Below are positions 13,550-37,189 of a stretch of DNA of 64,000 bases, in pieces; position 1 is the stretch's first letter; the number at the start of each line of letters is the position of its first letter. This DNA comes from Sminthopsis crassicaudata. Taxonomy: Eukaryota. A program made the position numbers and the translations under genes. Location of the stretch: the NCBI RefSeq assembly GCF_048593235.1, contig NC_133617.1, positions 73,430,937 through 73,494,936 on the forward strand, given 5' to 3'. Under the pieces are notes generated by a model. It saw only the letters and a program-made list of their open reading frames with translations. It searched no databases and was not told the DNA's origin.

Positions 13550-14294
13550 CCACTAATGCATTGTTCATGGAGTTGTGAAGTGCTTCAATCATTCTGGAGA
13601 ACAATTTGGAGCTACGCCCAAAGGGCTATAAAACTGTACATACTCTTTGATCTAGCAATGTCAGTACTGGACCTATATCCCAAAGAGATCATAAAAGAGG
13701 GAAAAGGACTCACATGTACAAACATGTTTGTAACAGCTTTTTTTGTAGTGATAAGGAACTGGAAATTGAGTGGATACCCAGTTGGGGAATAGCTGAAAAC
13801 GTTATGGTATATGAACATAATGGAATATTATTGTTTTGCAAGCAATTATGAGCAGGCTGATTATAGAAAAGCCTTTTGGAAAGACTTATATGAACTGAAG
13901 CTGAGTGACATGAGCAGAACCAGAAGAACACATTATTAAGTACACAGTGATAAGAAAATGCAGTGATTCAAGGCAATTCCAATAGATTTAGGATGGAAAA
14001 TGCCATCTGCATCTAGAGAAAGAACTATGGGATTAAATGTGGATTGAAGCATAGTATTTTCACTTTTTTTTGTTTCTTTCTCATGTTTTTTCCCCCCTTT
14101 TGTTCTGCCTTTTCTTCACAACATGACAAATATGGAAATGTTTATTTCACATATATCAGATTGCTTGTTTGGTTCGGGAGATGGAGAGGTAAGGGAGGGA
14201 GAAAAATTTGGAACACAAAGTCTTATAAAAACGAATGTTGAAAATTATCTATACATGTATTTGGAAAAATAAAATACTATTGAAAATAAAATAA
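13550..14294 (+). mobile_element. L1 3' fragment (ORF2 end and 3'UTR), marsupial type
   Basis: Degenerate ORF2 C-terminus, L1 3'UTR and A-rich tail. Confidence 0.88.
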
Positions 14295-14461
14295 AGTGAA
14301 AGTCATCCTCAATTCTTCATTCTCCCTCACTCTCTCCACCTTCATATCCAATCAGTAGCTAAGTCTTGTCAAATCTGCATTTCTCATACCTGACTCCCTG
14401 TTTTCTATTAATTCTAGTTCAAACCTTTGTCACTTCCATGCTGGACTTTTGCATAGTTTCC

Positions 14462-14925
14462 TGTAATCTTTTTCTCTAAAATGTAATGTTCTCTTGTTGG
14501 GGTTTTCTTGGGGTCTCTGGAGGTAGCCTTCCTTTCAGTTCAGTAATCACTACACAAGTAGCCAGGGGTTAAAGTCCAAATCCTTTATTGTCTCTTTCCA
14601 AGTCTTGTCTCCTCTCCTGGGATCTTGTTAGCTTTCTTATAGTCCAGATCCTTTATCTCCTCCTTCCTGAGGCTGGGCAGCTTTATGGAGAGCCTTTCAG
14701 TCTGGCCTTGGTTCCAAGAGCTTGAGTTCCCACTTGCTTTCTCTGGCTTCTGAATCTCCCTGACTGAATCCTGGCTAAGGCTCCTAGCTTATATATGCTA
14801 TCTTAAAGGTGTGAATCTTGTAGAACTGTGCTGAACTAGAGAACTGTTAAGCACCATGCTAAACAACCATTGAGTCTGTCAATTCCACTGACTTAACACC
14901 TTGTTTCAAGTTCTGGCCCATAACA
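14462..14925 (-). mobile_element. Solo LTR inserted into an L2 relic
   Basis: TG...CA termini; 6-bp TSD gtttcc/atttcc; TATA-like (about 14790) and AATAAA (14589-14584) on the minus strand. Confidence 0.8.
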
Positions 14926-15722
14926 ATTTCCTAATTGGTTTTTCTTTTATCAGACTTTCCTCCTATGCTTCAAGCTACCCAAAACACATCTGGTACAAGA
15001 GATCCTGGCAGAGAAATCCTGGGGTACCCTTCAACTATAACCTTACTCATAGTACCTTCTTTCTGATTAGAAAATGACACCCCTTCCTTTACCCATTTAA
15101 GTGTCATTCTACTTGGATGCTCAGATCCTTGCTCTCGTCCTGTAGAATAGATATGGTTGATCCCATTGCTTGGATGACGAACGACATATGAGTAACTACC
15201 ATCCTTCCATTAAGATGGAAGATCCCCAGTTCTTACTATGTTCCATATCAGTCCACCCTTCAAATTCCTAGACCCTGCCATCTGACTTATTCAGACATCC
15301 TAGGAACCTCTGGAACCTTTGATGGATATCCACCTGGCTGATATCCCCTGGACTTTTAGACCTTTCCATACAATTTGCAGTTTGCCTTCTAATGATTGAT
15401 GAGTTTTCTTCTCCAATTAGAATGAGAACTTCTTGGAAGCAGGGAATTGTCTTGATTTTGTATTTGTATTCCCCCATGTTTACTGTAGTGTTTGATTTAA
15501 TGCTTGGTACATAGTAAATGCTTTTAGTTAAACTAGTCCATCTTCCAGTTAATCAACAAACTCATCTATTGCTTATTATGTGCCAAATACTATGCTTGGA
15601 TACACTGAAGATACACCCCCCCCCCCCAAAAAAAAAGTCAAAGCAATGACCTTGCTCATCTAATTGGGAAACTGATATGTAAATAACTAGGTATACACAA
15701 AGTATATACAGAATGGATAGAG

Positions 15723-15911
15723 CAGGGGTTCTCAAACTACGTCCTATGGGCCAGATGCGGCCGCTGAGGATGTTAATGCGGCCCACTGAGTTATGGCAAA
15801 TGGGCTGAGGGGCGGAGACAGTGTGAGCTTTTGTTTTTACTATAGTCCAGCCCTCCAACAATCTGAGGGACAGTGAACTGGCCCCCTATTTAAAAAGTTT
15901 GAGGACCACTG
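15723..15911. mobile_element. Non-autonomous hAT MITE, OC1/OposCharlie1-like, 189 bp
   Basis: TIRs caggggttctcaaact / agtttgaggaccactg; 8-bp TSD ggatagag/ggataaag; CpGs retained. Confidence 0.85.
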
Positions 15912-18900
15912 GGATAAAGGGAAGGCACTGGTGGGAAGGGGGGAATTAGGAAAGGCTTTCTGTGTAAGCTAGGGTTTGAATTGAGCCTGAATGTATGCCA
16001 GAGAAACTGAGAGGTGGGGACAGAAAACATTCTAGGAATGTGGAAATAGAAGTATAAGTGCCAGAATTGGGAGATGGAATGATATGTTCAAGGAATAGCA
16101 AGTAGCCCAGTGTAGCTGGATCAAGAAATGTGTAGAAAGGGAATAAAGTGAAAGAAGAGTGGAAAGGTAGGATGGGGCCATGAAAGACTTTAAAAGCCAA
16201 AGAGAATCAAATATAAAATCCTCTGATTTTCAGAGCCTTTTTATACTCTGCATTCACCCTCCCCTGCTTTCCTTTTTAGTCTTCTTAAACCTAACTCTTC
16301 CCCTCCTTGCAATTCCTTAAACAAGACAAATCTCCCAACTCTGTACATCTTCATTTACTTTCCCTCATTGCTTGGAATTCTTAGCCTCTACATTTCTACC
16401 CCTGACTTCCTTAAAGTCTTAATAAAAGTTTCATTATTTCTAAGGAGCTGGTTGGTAAATAGATTACCTTCCCTGGAGACAGGAAGATTTGAATTCAAAT
16501 ATGGCCTTAGATATTTGATGCTTACTAGCTATGTGATGCTAGACAAGGTACTTAAACCTGATTGCTAGGCTAGGGGAGAGATAAAGGAAGAGAGATCGGA
16601 GAGTTTCACTATCTCTTAAGAATTTTTTTTTTTTTTCTGATCCCCTTATAGCTAGTCTTCCCTCTATTGATTATTGCTAATTTATGTCCTATATATCTTG
16701 TTTGTAAGTAGTTTTTATATCTCCCTTCTGCCATTAGACTGTGAGCTCCTTGAAAGTAGATGTTTCTTTGTATCTCCAGGACTTTATCATAGTGTTTGCC
16801 ACATAGTTAATAAGTGTTGATTAGCTGATAAAAATCAAATTTTTGTATTTGTTCCTGGAAATAATAGAAACTGGAATTCATCAAGTAGTGAGGGGACATG
16901 GTTATATCTGCTGTGTGAGTCAATGGAAATTAGAGTAGGAAAAAACTTACAGCAAATAAACCAATTTGAAAATTAATTCAGTAGTTCCCAGGAGAGGGAT
17001 GATAGGTGGTAGTTCTGTGAGTTAAAAGAAAGATGTACATGAGAGATATGGTGAAGGTAGAAAGGACAAGATTTGAGAACAATTTTTTTTTATAAAGGAC
17101 CAATAAGTCAGAAATAGTCAATAAACATTGTCAGAATTTCAAGTATGGCCTACTGGGAAGTATGGTGAAACCCTTGATGGTAATGGGGAAATTGGAAAGA
17201 GGGGGACTATTTGGTGATGTGGTACTGGAGTTCAGACCAGATGCATAGATTTGGGGATCATCTGCAGAGAGATGTTAATGTAGCTCATAGAAGCTGAGGC
17301 ATTCACTAAGTGATAAAAACAAATTCTGAAAAACTTGTAGATCCTTCACAGCTTATTTTTAAATGCACAAAATACCTAGAATTAAAATTGACACACTTAT
17401 GTAGAAATAGTTATCAAAATATCTTTTTAGAAACTGTATGGACTCTAGATTAAGAACTTCTAGAATAACAGAAGAAGAAAAGAGACCATAGAACAGAACT
17501 TTAGGGCACATCTGCAGTTAGGCTTGTCATCGATGAAGAATCAAAAAAGGGAACTGGAAAAGAACTAGTCAGACAGATAGGAGAACTAGGAAAGAACAGT
17601 GTCATGAAACTCTAGAGAGGAGAGCTTGTTGAGAAGGAAGAGGTAATAATAAACTGTCATACATTTCAGAGAAGTCAAGGATGAGGGAGAAAAGCCGTGA
17701 AAGTTAACAATTAAAACATCTCTGGTAACTTTGGAGAGGGCAGTCAGTGTCAATCAAATAATGAGACAAGAAGTCAGAAAGCAGAGTTTAGAAATGAGGG
17801 AAGAGAAAATAGAAAGCACCTAGTATAGGTACCTTTCTCTGGTTGAACTGAGAAAAGGAGAAACCATAGCTAATATAAATGTCATGATCAAATGCAGGTT
17901 TTTTAAGGATGGAGAAAAGATTTTGTTGTTTTTTGTTTAGTCATTTCAGTCATGTCCAATTGCATCTGCAATTTTCTGGACAAAGTTTCCCTTTGTCCTT
18001 CAGCTCATTTTATAGGGAAGGAAACAGAATATAAAAGATGAAAGAGAGGGAGTGCAGGTGATAGTAGGAGGCTATCTGCTGGAAAAGATTGGAGAGGGTA
18101 AGATGAAGGTGCGTGAATGGAGGGGCAGAGAAGCTTTGATTAGGAAAAAAACTCCCTCCACATCAGGAGGAGATCATGGAAGAAGGAATCTGGGTATTGT
18201 GAGATGTAGAGTTAAAAAGAACTCCCTCATCTCTACACCTGCCAATGGAATTTTCTTAAAACACAGTAGTGTTCACTCCCTTCCTATTGCCTCTATGATA
18301 AAATACAAATTTATAATTAAAACTCTTGTTGTTCTACTTGTGGTCATGCTCTTAATTTTATAGGATGCTTGGGGTGCTCAGAGGTAAAAGTGACTACCCA
18401 GGGGTATGCAACCAGGTTGTGGGAGAGGCAGGACTAGAACACAGTTAATCCTGATTGAGAGGCTGTCACTTTATCCACTGAGCCACACATCTCATAAACT
18501 AATGACATTTGTGTGGTTCTTTAAGGTTTGTGAACTACTTTATATGTATATTCTCTCAGTTGAGCCTCACAAAAATTCTATGAACTAGGTACATCTATAT
18601 AGATCTTATATCTATTTATAGATGAAGAAACTGAAGCTCAGAAGTTAGTCAATTTGTCCACATTCACAGAATTAGTTAATGTCAGAGTCAGGGTTTGAAT
18701 CTAAGCCTTTCTGACTCCAAGACCAACTCTTTTTCAGTTGTGCCACACTGCCTCTTACATGCTTTCCATGTTCTCCAATAGTTTCGCAGACAAGGGATAG
18801 TCAGAACACATCATTTTCTGTTTGCCTATTACACATGGTGTTTTCACTGAAATCCTTACCTGGTGCTTCCTCAGATCATGACAATCTGAATTCCTGAAAG

Positions 18901-19779
18901 TGATACCAGGAGAAACATATGCTTAGGCAGTTTCTGCCAGAGTGGTAAGGATTTAGTTCTAGGTCCAGCAGTGGATTGTCTGAAGATTGTCAGTCAACCT
19001 TAATTTTGTGAGGTTCATCACCAGCTATTGTTCTTTGTCTGTATTTCGTTTCCCTTTACTGAATTGAGGGACCATGCCTTATTAATTTTTTGTTTCATTC
19101 AGTTCCTAGCATAATGATAAGCAACTCAATAAATTTAATTAATAATATACTTCTTTCAACAAGTACTTTAAAATGTTTGCTGAATAGTTGAACATCATTG
19201 TTCTTTTTAAAATATTTTAAATATATGCTTGAATTCACCATAGTTACTAAGTTCCATTCTATATGTGCTATTGTTGTTTATTATCTCCCCAAAAAGTTTT
19301 ACAACTTTTTAATTTTAATTTTAAAAATTAAAAAAAAAACTTTTAAATTTTAAAACTTATGTCATCACACCTCATGATGAAGCTCCCTCTGAAATCATAT
19401 ATCATTTAACTGTTTGTACCCCTAACTTGTCAACCAAAACATTTTACAAATACTAAAGGAAAGATGGTACTTTGTTCTCCTTTTTTGGATTGAAAGACTT
19501 AAAAAGAAATATAAAAATGTCCAACTTCCTTATTTTAAAGTCCAGGAAGTTGAAGATGAGAGATTAAATGATTCACCGTAACACAAGTGAATGGCAGAGC
19601 TTATTCTAGGACCCAAATCTTCTGAGCTTCTATCTTATTTGGTTGTTAGTTCTTGAGGTTAGGGACAATTCTCTGTCTTACTCTTAAGTACCTCATTTTA
19701 TTCATTTTATATTAAAGAGCTAGAGAAAAATCTTAAAATTCCTCTGGAAGAAAAGAAAATAAACTAAGGGAAATACTGA

Positions 19780-20220
19780 AAAGAAGGGAATGGAAGATAG
19801 AAAGGAACTTAGCAGCATTAGATCCCAAACTGTAATACAAAGCATCACCATAATGATTGGGCTCCAAAACTACCTAGTGGTGATTTTTTTTTTTTTTTTT
19901 TAACAGAAAAACTGATCTGTGGAACAGATTTGGTATACAATAGCAGAAGCAATTGAACATAGTAACACAGTGTTTGATAAAAACCAAAGACTCCAATTGC
20001 TGGGATACGAACTCATTATAATAAAAAAAATACTGGAAAAATTAAAAAGCAATATGGCAAAGATTAGATTTTGACCAGTAGTTTATGCCATATATCATAA
20101 TAAGCCATAAATGGATATATGACTTATGTATAAAAGACCATATTATGCATAAACAAGAGTGGACAGGGAAGGAGGTACCTTTCACAAGTATGGAAAGAGG
20201 AGAGTTCTTTTTTTTTTTTT
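19780..20220 (+). mobile_element. Old L1 ORF2 fragment
   Basis: Degenerate ORF2 (aaactgtaatacaaagc...acaccatatatcataataag). Confidence 0.7.
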
Positions 20221-20269
20221 TTAAATACAACAATGACTTTCAATATTAATCCCTTCAGTTATTTTTTAA

Positions 20270-21165
20270 AACTTTTTTTTTATTTTTGAAACATATGCAT
20301 AGATAGTTTTCAACATTTACCCTTGCAAAACCTTATGTTTTAATTTTTTTTCTCTCTCCCTTTCCCCCACCCCTTTCCCCTAAGATGGCATATATCAAAT
20401 ATATGTTAAACATGCCCTTTCCCCTAAGATGGCATATAATCAAATATATGTTAAACATGTGCAATTCTCCTATACATATTTCCACATTTATCATGCTGCA
20501 CAAGAAAAATCAGATCAAAAAGGGGGAAAAATGAGAAAGGAAACAAAAAGCAAGCAAATAACAATAAAAAAAGTGAAAATACTATGTTGTGATCCACACT
20601 CAGTCCCCACAGTCCTCTCTCTGGGTGCAGATGGCTCTTTCCATCACAAGACCATTAGAATTAGCCTGAATCACTTCATTGTTGAAAAGAGTCCATCATA
20701 ATTGATTATCGTATAATCTTGTTGCTATGTATAGTGTTGTTTTGATTCTACTCACTTCACTTAGCATCAATTCATGTAAGTCTCTCCAGGCCTTTCTGAA
20801 ATCATCCTGCTGATTGTTTCTTATAGAACAATAATATTCCATAGCATTCATATCCCATAACTTATTCAGCCATTCTCCCAACTCAGTTTGCAGTTCCAGG
20901 CTGCTACAAACATTTTTGCACATGTGGGTCCTTTTCCCATTTTTATGATCTCTTTGAGATACAGACCCAGTAGAGATATTGTTGAATCAAAGGATATGCA
21001 CAGTTTGATAGCCTTTTGGGCATAATTTCATATTGCTCTCCAGAATGGTTGGTTCAATTCACCACTCCACTGACAATGTATTAGTGTCTCAGTTTTCCCA
21101 CATCCCCTCCAACATTCATCATTATCTTTTCCTGTCATCTTAGCCAGTCTGCCAGATGTGTAGTA
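20270..21165 (-). mobile_element. L1 3' end, antisense
   Basis: T-rich tail, L1 3'UTR and ORF2 C-terminal homology on the minus strand. Confidence 0.88.
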
Positions 21166-21919
21166 GTACTAAGAAGTGAGTTCTTAACCAAACAAGAGAC
21201 AAGATCATAGGAGTTAAAATGGGCAATTTTGATTATATAAAATGGAAAAGGTTTTGCATAATAATATATGTAGCATTGATATAGCATTTTAAGGTTACTT
21301 CATATGTAGATTTCATTTAATCCATTCAATAACCCTGTAAAGTAATTTCTATTCCATCCTTCATTATTATCTTCAGGATATAGATGAGCAAGCAAACTAA
21401 GGCTGAGAAAGGTTAAGTGACTTGGTCAGGGTTACATAGTTAATATGTATCTGAGGCAGTGTTCAAATTCAGGTTTTCCTATGTCCAAGTCCGACTTTCT
21501 ATCCATTTGCACAACATACTTACCCAAAAAACCAAAAGGAAACCATTAACTGGGGGAAGCAGGAAATTTTTGCATCAGATATCTCTGATAAAGGTCTGAT
21601 ATTTAGGCTATATAGGAAAATGATTCAAATATATAAAAACAAGAATATTTTTCTAATAGATCAAAATATATGAATATTCTCAAAAGAAACAAGGCAAACT
21701 GCCATATGAAGGCAACAACTGTAAGAAAAAAAGGCTGCAAATCACTCCAAATAAGAAAATACAAACTAAAACTATGGATTTCTACCTCATACCCATTAAA
21801 CTGAAAAAAAATTGACAAAAATGGAATATGACAACTATTGGAAGACAGGCACAATAAAGTAATGTGAGTGTGAATTGATCCAAAATATTCTGGAAAGTAA
21901 AATGGAACTGAGTTTAAAA

Positions 21920-23130
21920 TAGTTGGATCTACCACTTAACACCATATACCAAGATAAGATCAAAATGGGTTCATGATCTAGGCATGAAGAATGAGATTAT
22001 AAATAAATTAGAAGAACATGGTTTACCTCTCAGACCTGTGGAGGAAGAAGGAATTTGTGATCAAAGATGAACTAGAGATCATTATTGATCACAAAATAGG
22101 AAATTTTGATTGTCAAGTTAAAAAGCTTTTGTACAAACAAAACTAATGCAGACAAGATTAGAAGGAAAGCAATAAACTTGGAAAACACCTTTATAGTTGA
22201 AAGTTCTGATAAAGGCCTCATTTCCAAAATACATAGAGAATTGACTCAAATTTATAAGAAATTAAGCCATTCTCCAATTGATAAATGGTCAAAAGATATG
22301 AACAATTATCAGATGATAAAATTGAAACTATTTCTACCCATATAAAAAAGTATTCCAAATCATTATTGATCAGAGAAATGCAAATTCAAACAACTCTGAG
22401 ATACTACTACACTCTTCTCAGATTGACTAAGATGACAGGAAAAGATAATGAGGAATGTTGGAGGGGATGTGGGGAAATTGGGACACTAATGCATTGTTAG
22501 TGGAGTTGTGAATGGATCCAACCATTCTGGAGAGCAATTTGGAACTATACTCAAAAAGTTGTCAAACTATGCATACCCTTTGATCCAGGAGTGTTACTAT
22601 TACTGGGCTTATAGCCCAAAGAGATCTTAAAGAAGGGAAAGGGACCTGTTATGTGAAAAAATGTTTGTGGCAGCCCTTTTTTAATGGCTAGAAACTGGAA
22701 GTTGAATGGATACCCTTTAATTGGAGAGTGGCTGAGTAAACTATGGTATATGAATGTTATGGAATATTATTGTTCTAAAAGAAATGACCAGCAGGATGAA
22801 TACAGAGAGGCTTGGAGAAACTTACGTAAACTGATGCTAAGTGAAGTGAGCAGAATATATACAACAATAATATATGAGGATCAGTTCTGATGGAAGTGGC
22901 TATTTTCAACAATGAGAAGATTCAAATCAGTTCCAATTGATCAGTAATGAACAGAACTAGCTATACCCAGAAAGAACACTGGGAAATGAGTGTGAACCAC
23001 ACCATAGCATGTACACTCTTTCTGTTATTGTTTGCTTCAATTTTTGTTTTTCTTCCCAGGTTATTTTTACCTTTGTTCTAAATCTGATTTTTCTTGTGTA
23101 GCAAGACAACTATATAAATATGTATACATA
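21920..23130 (+). mobile_element. L1 ORF2 3' region and 3'UTR
   Basis: ORF-track peptides KGLISKIHRELTQIYKK, LIREMQIQTTLRYYYT, ARNWKLNGYPLIGEWLSKLWYMNVMEYY. Confidence 0.92.
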
Positions 23131-23460
23131 TATTATTATTTTTTTTAATAGTGAAAGGGCCAGTATACATATAAATAGTATTTTATGTTGTGGTAAAACA
23201 ATTGGAAACAAAGTGAAATCATGGTTAGAAGACATTTTGAGAATGATTTTGAGAGTTTTTGTGGAGTGCAAGGTCAGCAATCAACAATACACAACAAAAA
23301 AGGTGATAAAATTGAATGAAAATGTTGAATAATAAGATTGTTCCTTTCATCATATCTCTTGGTTAGAAATCTGAAATGTCTCAGTTCTAAGAAAAGATAG
23401 AAAGTATTGCTTAATAATTTTAAGTGTTTAAACAGAATTTTTAAAAAATTATTTTAATAG

Positions 23461-24220
23461 TTTTTTTTTTTTTTTATACAGATATTTGCATGGGTAATTT
23501 TACAACATTGACAATTGCCAAACTATTTGTTCCAATTTTTCCTCTCCTTCCCCCCACCCCCTCCCCCAGATGGCAGGTCGACCAGTACATGTTAAATATG
23601 TTAGAGTATAAATTAAATACAATATATGTATACATGACCAAACAGTTGTTTTGCTGAACAAAAAGAATCGGACTTTGAAATAGTGTACATTTAGCCTGTG
23701 AAGGAAATATAAAATGCAGGTGGACAAAATTAGAGGGATTGGAAATTCTATGTAGTGGTACATAGTCATCTCCCAGTGTTCTTTCGCTGGGTGTAGCTGG
23801 TTCAGTTCATTACTGCTCTATTGGAAGCGATTTGGTTCTTATTGTTGGAGAGAGCCACGTCCATCAGAATTGATCATCATACAGTATTGTTTTTGAAGTT
23901 CATCATACAGTATTGTTTTTGAAGTATATAATGATCTCCTGGCCCTGCTCATTTCACTCAGCATCAGTTCATGTAAGTCTCTCTAGGCCTTTCTGAAATC
24001 ATCCTGTTGGTCATTTCTTACAGAACAATAATATTCCATAACATTTATATACCACAATTTATTTAGCTAATCTCCAATTGATGGGCATCCACGTATTTTC
24101 TAGTTTCTGGCCACCACAAAGAGGGCTGCCACAAACATTCTTGCACATAGAGGTCCCTTTCCCTTCTTTAAGATCTCTTTGGGTACAAACCCAGTAGCAA
24201 CACTGCTGGATCAAAGGGTA
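23461..24220 (-). mobile_element. Young L1 3' end, antisense, about 300 bp upstream of PBX4 exon 3
   Basis: Poly-T at 23461, then dasyurid-type L1 3'UTR (catgggtaattttacaacattgacaattgc). Confidence 0.92.
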
Positions 24221-24517
24221 TTCATTAAACAGAATTTTTTTTAAACCTGTTTCCTCTCTTCACTAAGTAAACACTTTTAAGTTTGCTTCATGAAAACTTT
24301 GCTTTTTTCTGCAGAACATTTCTACCCACCTAGAGTCTCTGAAACTTTGTTAAGGGTTTACAAAAAACATTACTGAGAGAACAAAATTTAATGATTAAAT
24401 GAAATAATTGTTCCTCTAAATAACTCAGTGAAAAAAAATAGAGAACTATCCTAATGTCAATTTTGTTTTTCCATTAGAAAATGAATAATGATTTGATCCA
24501 CCTTTCTGTTCATCTAG

Positions 24518-35924
<11,407 letters not shown>

Positions 35925-36365
35925 ATTTGGGACCTATTGATGAGAGGAAAGAGGTCATTAGTGTAATTTGTCATGTTTGCCAATATTCTTATTTTTACAA
36001 CTTGACACACAGCTAATTACCTCAGAAAACCTGGAACCAATAGAAGATTGTGATTACAGTGACACCTCTCTACCTCTCAACCTGACGCATTGGAGTTATC
36101 TTTTTACTTAGATCCATTGGATTTAAAATGATTTGAAAACTTGTTTCCTCTTCCTAACCAAATTCATTTTTTAAATAGCAATTTTATGGTAAGAATTTGA
36201 AGTGTCTCTTATAGGACTTGTCACAAATTTTTCAATTAAAAATGACTTATTTTAATTTCCATGTCCTTTTTTACTATGAGATTTTTGTTTTAGGTGATAG
36301 TTACTAACAATTTAAATCTGTATTGTACTTGTACACGTTCTGTGTATTGTAATTTTGTATAGGGA

Positions 36366-36615
36366 AATAAATTTTTCTGTTAATTCAGATTCATACTGTG
36401 AATTCTGAGCTAATTGACCTGAAACAAACATAACTTTACCAAAACTTTTATTGGGATTTACTCTTAAGTAGAAAGTTACATCTTGTATTGTTTCATGTAG
36501 TTCTAATTTCATGTCTTTGTAAATTCAACCTTCCCTGTGAATAGGTTTGTGCATTTCTGGAAATATTGATACAAAATCTACCATTTTCAGTTGAAAGTTT
36601 ATCAAAGAGAATAAA
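36366..36615 (+). terminator. Candidate PBX4 poly(A) signals (AATAAA at 36366 and 36610)
   Basis: Two AATAAA hexamers at the end of an AT-rich, TGTA-rich 3'UTR-like stretch. Confidence 0.5.
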
Positions 36616-37189
36616 GTTCCAAAGCTTTTTTCCTTTCTGCCTTTGCTGAGTCTTCTCTTATGATTGATGGGTGTCTCTGGCCCCCTCACTTAGCCTTGGC
36701 TTTCCCACTTTCTCTTACAAGGACAGAAGTGGGCCAGCTAATTGACAGTAATTCTCTTTGGCATATTACTAACAATGGTCAAATTGAATGTCAGTGCCTA
36801 TCTGAATTGCTCTGAACCTGAGTAAGATAGTGTAGACTCACGGCATAACTGGAGAGGGGAAGAGATGCAGCGCTGTTGTCAGGATGGCTAGTGTGAGTCT
36901 ACAGCTAATTGGAGTAGGGTTGAGAACCTGAGCTGCCCCTTTCTCTTTCCCTTTCCCCATACTTGGGGCTTGTACAAAGAAGCCTAGAAAAAAACATTTA
37001 TCATTTCAAATCAAGAAAATGTGCAAGGTGATAGAAACTCAGATAAAAATGAAGCAGTCCAAGCCTTCCAGGAATTTATAATCTATGCACCTATACTGTT
37101 TTTTTGGGGGGGACACAGTATATATAGGAGGGTTCAGCAGCATGCCAGAGATGTAGAGATTGTAGGAAGAGAACAAATGGTAAAGGTCT

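Noticed and set aside
24481-24517. In-frame ATG 37 nt upstream of PBX4 exon 3
   Set aside because: Lies in the branch/acceptor region with no promoter evidence; probably chance
36831-36902. 11-bp inverted repeat tgtagactcac/gtgagtctaca as a pre-miRNA
   Set aside because: The interior does not pair, and about one such stem is expected by chance in 64 kb
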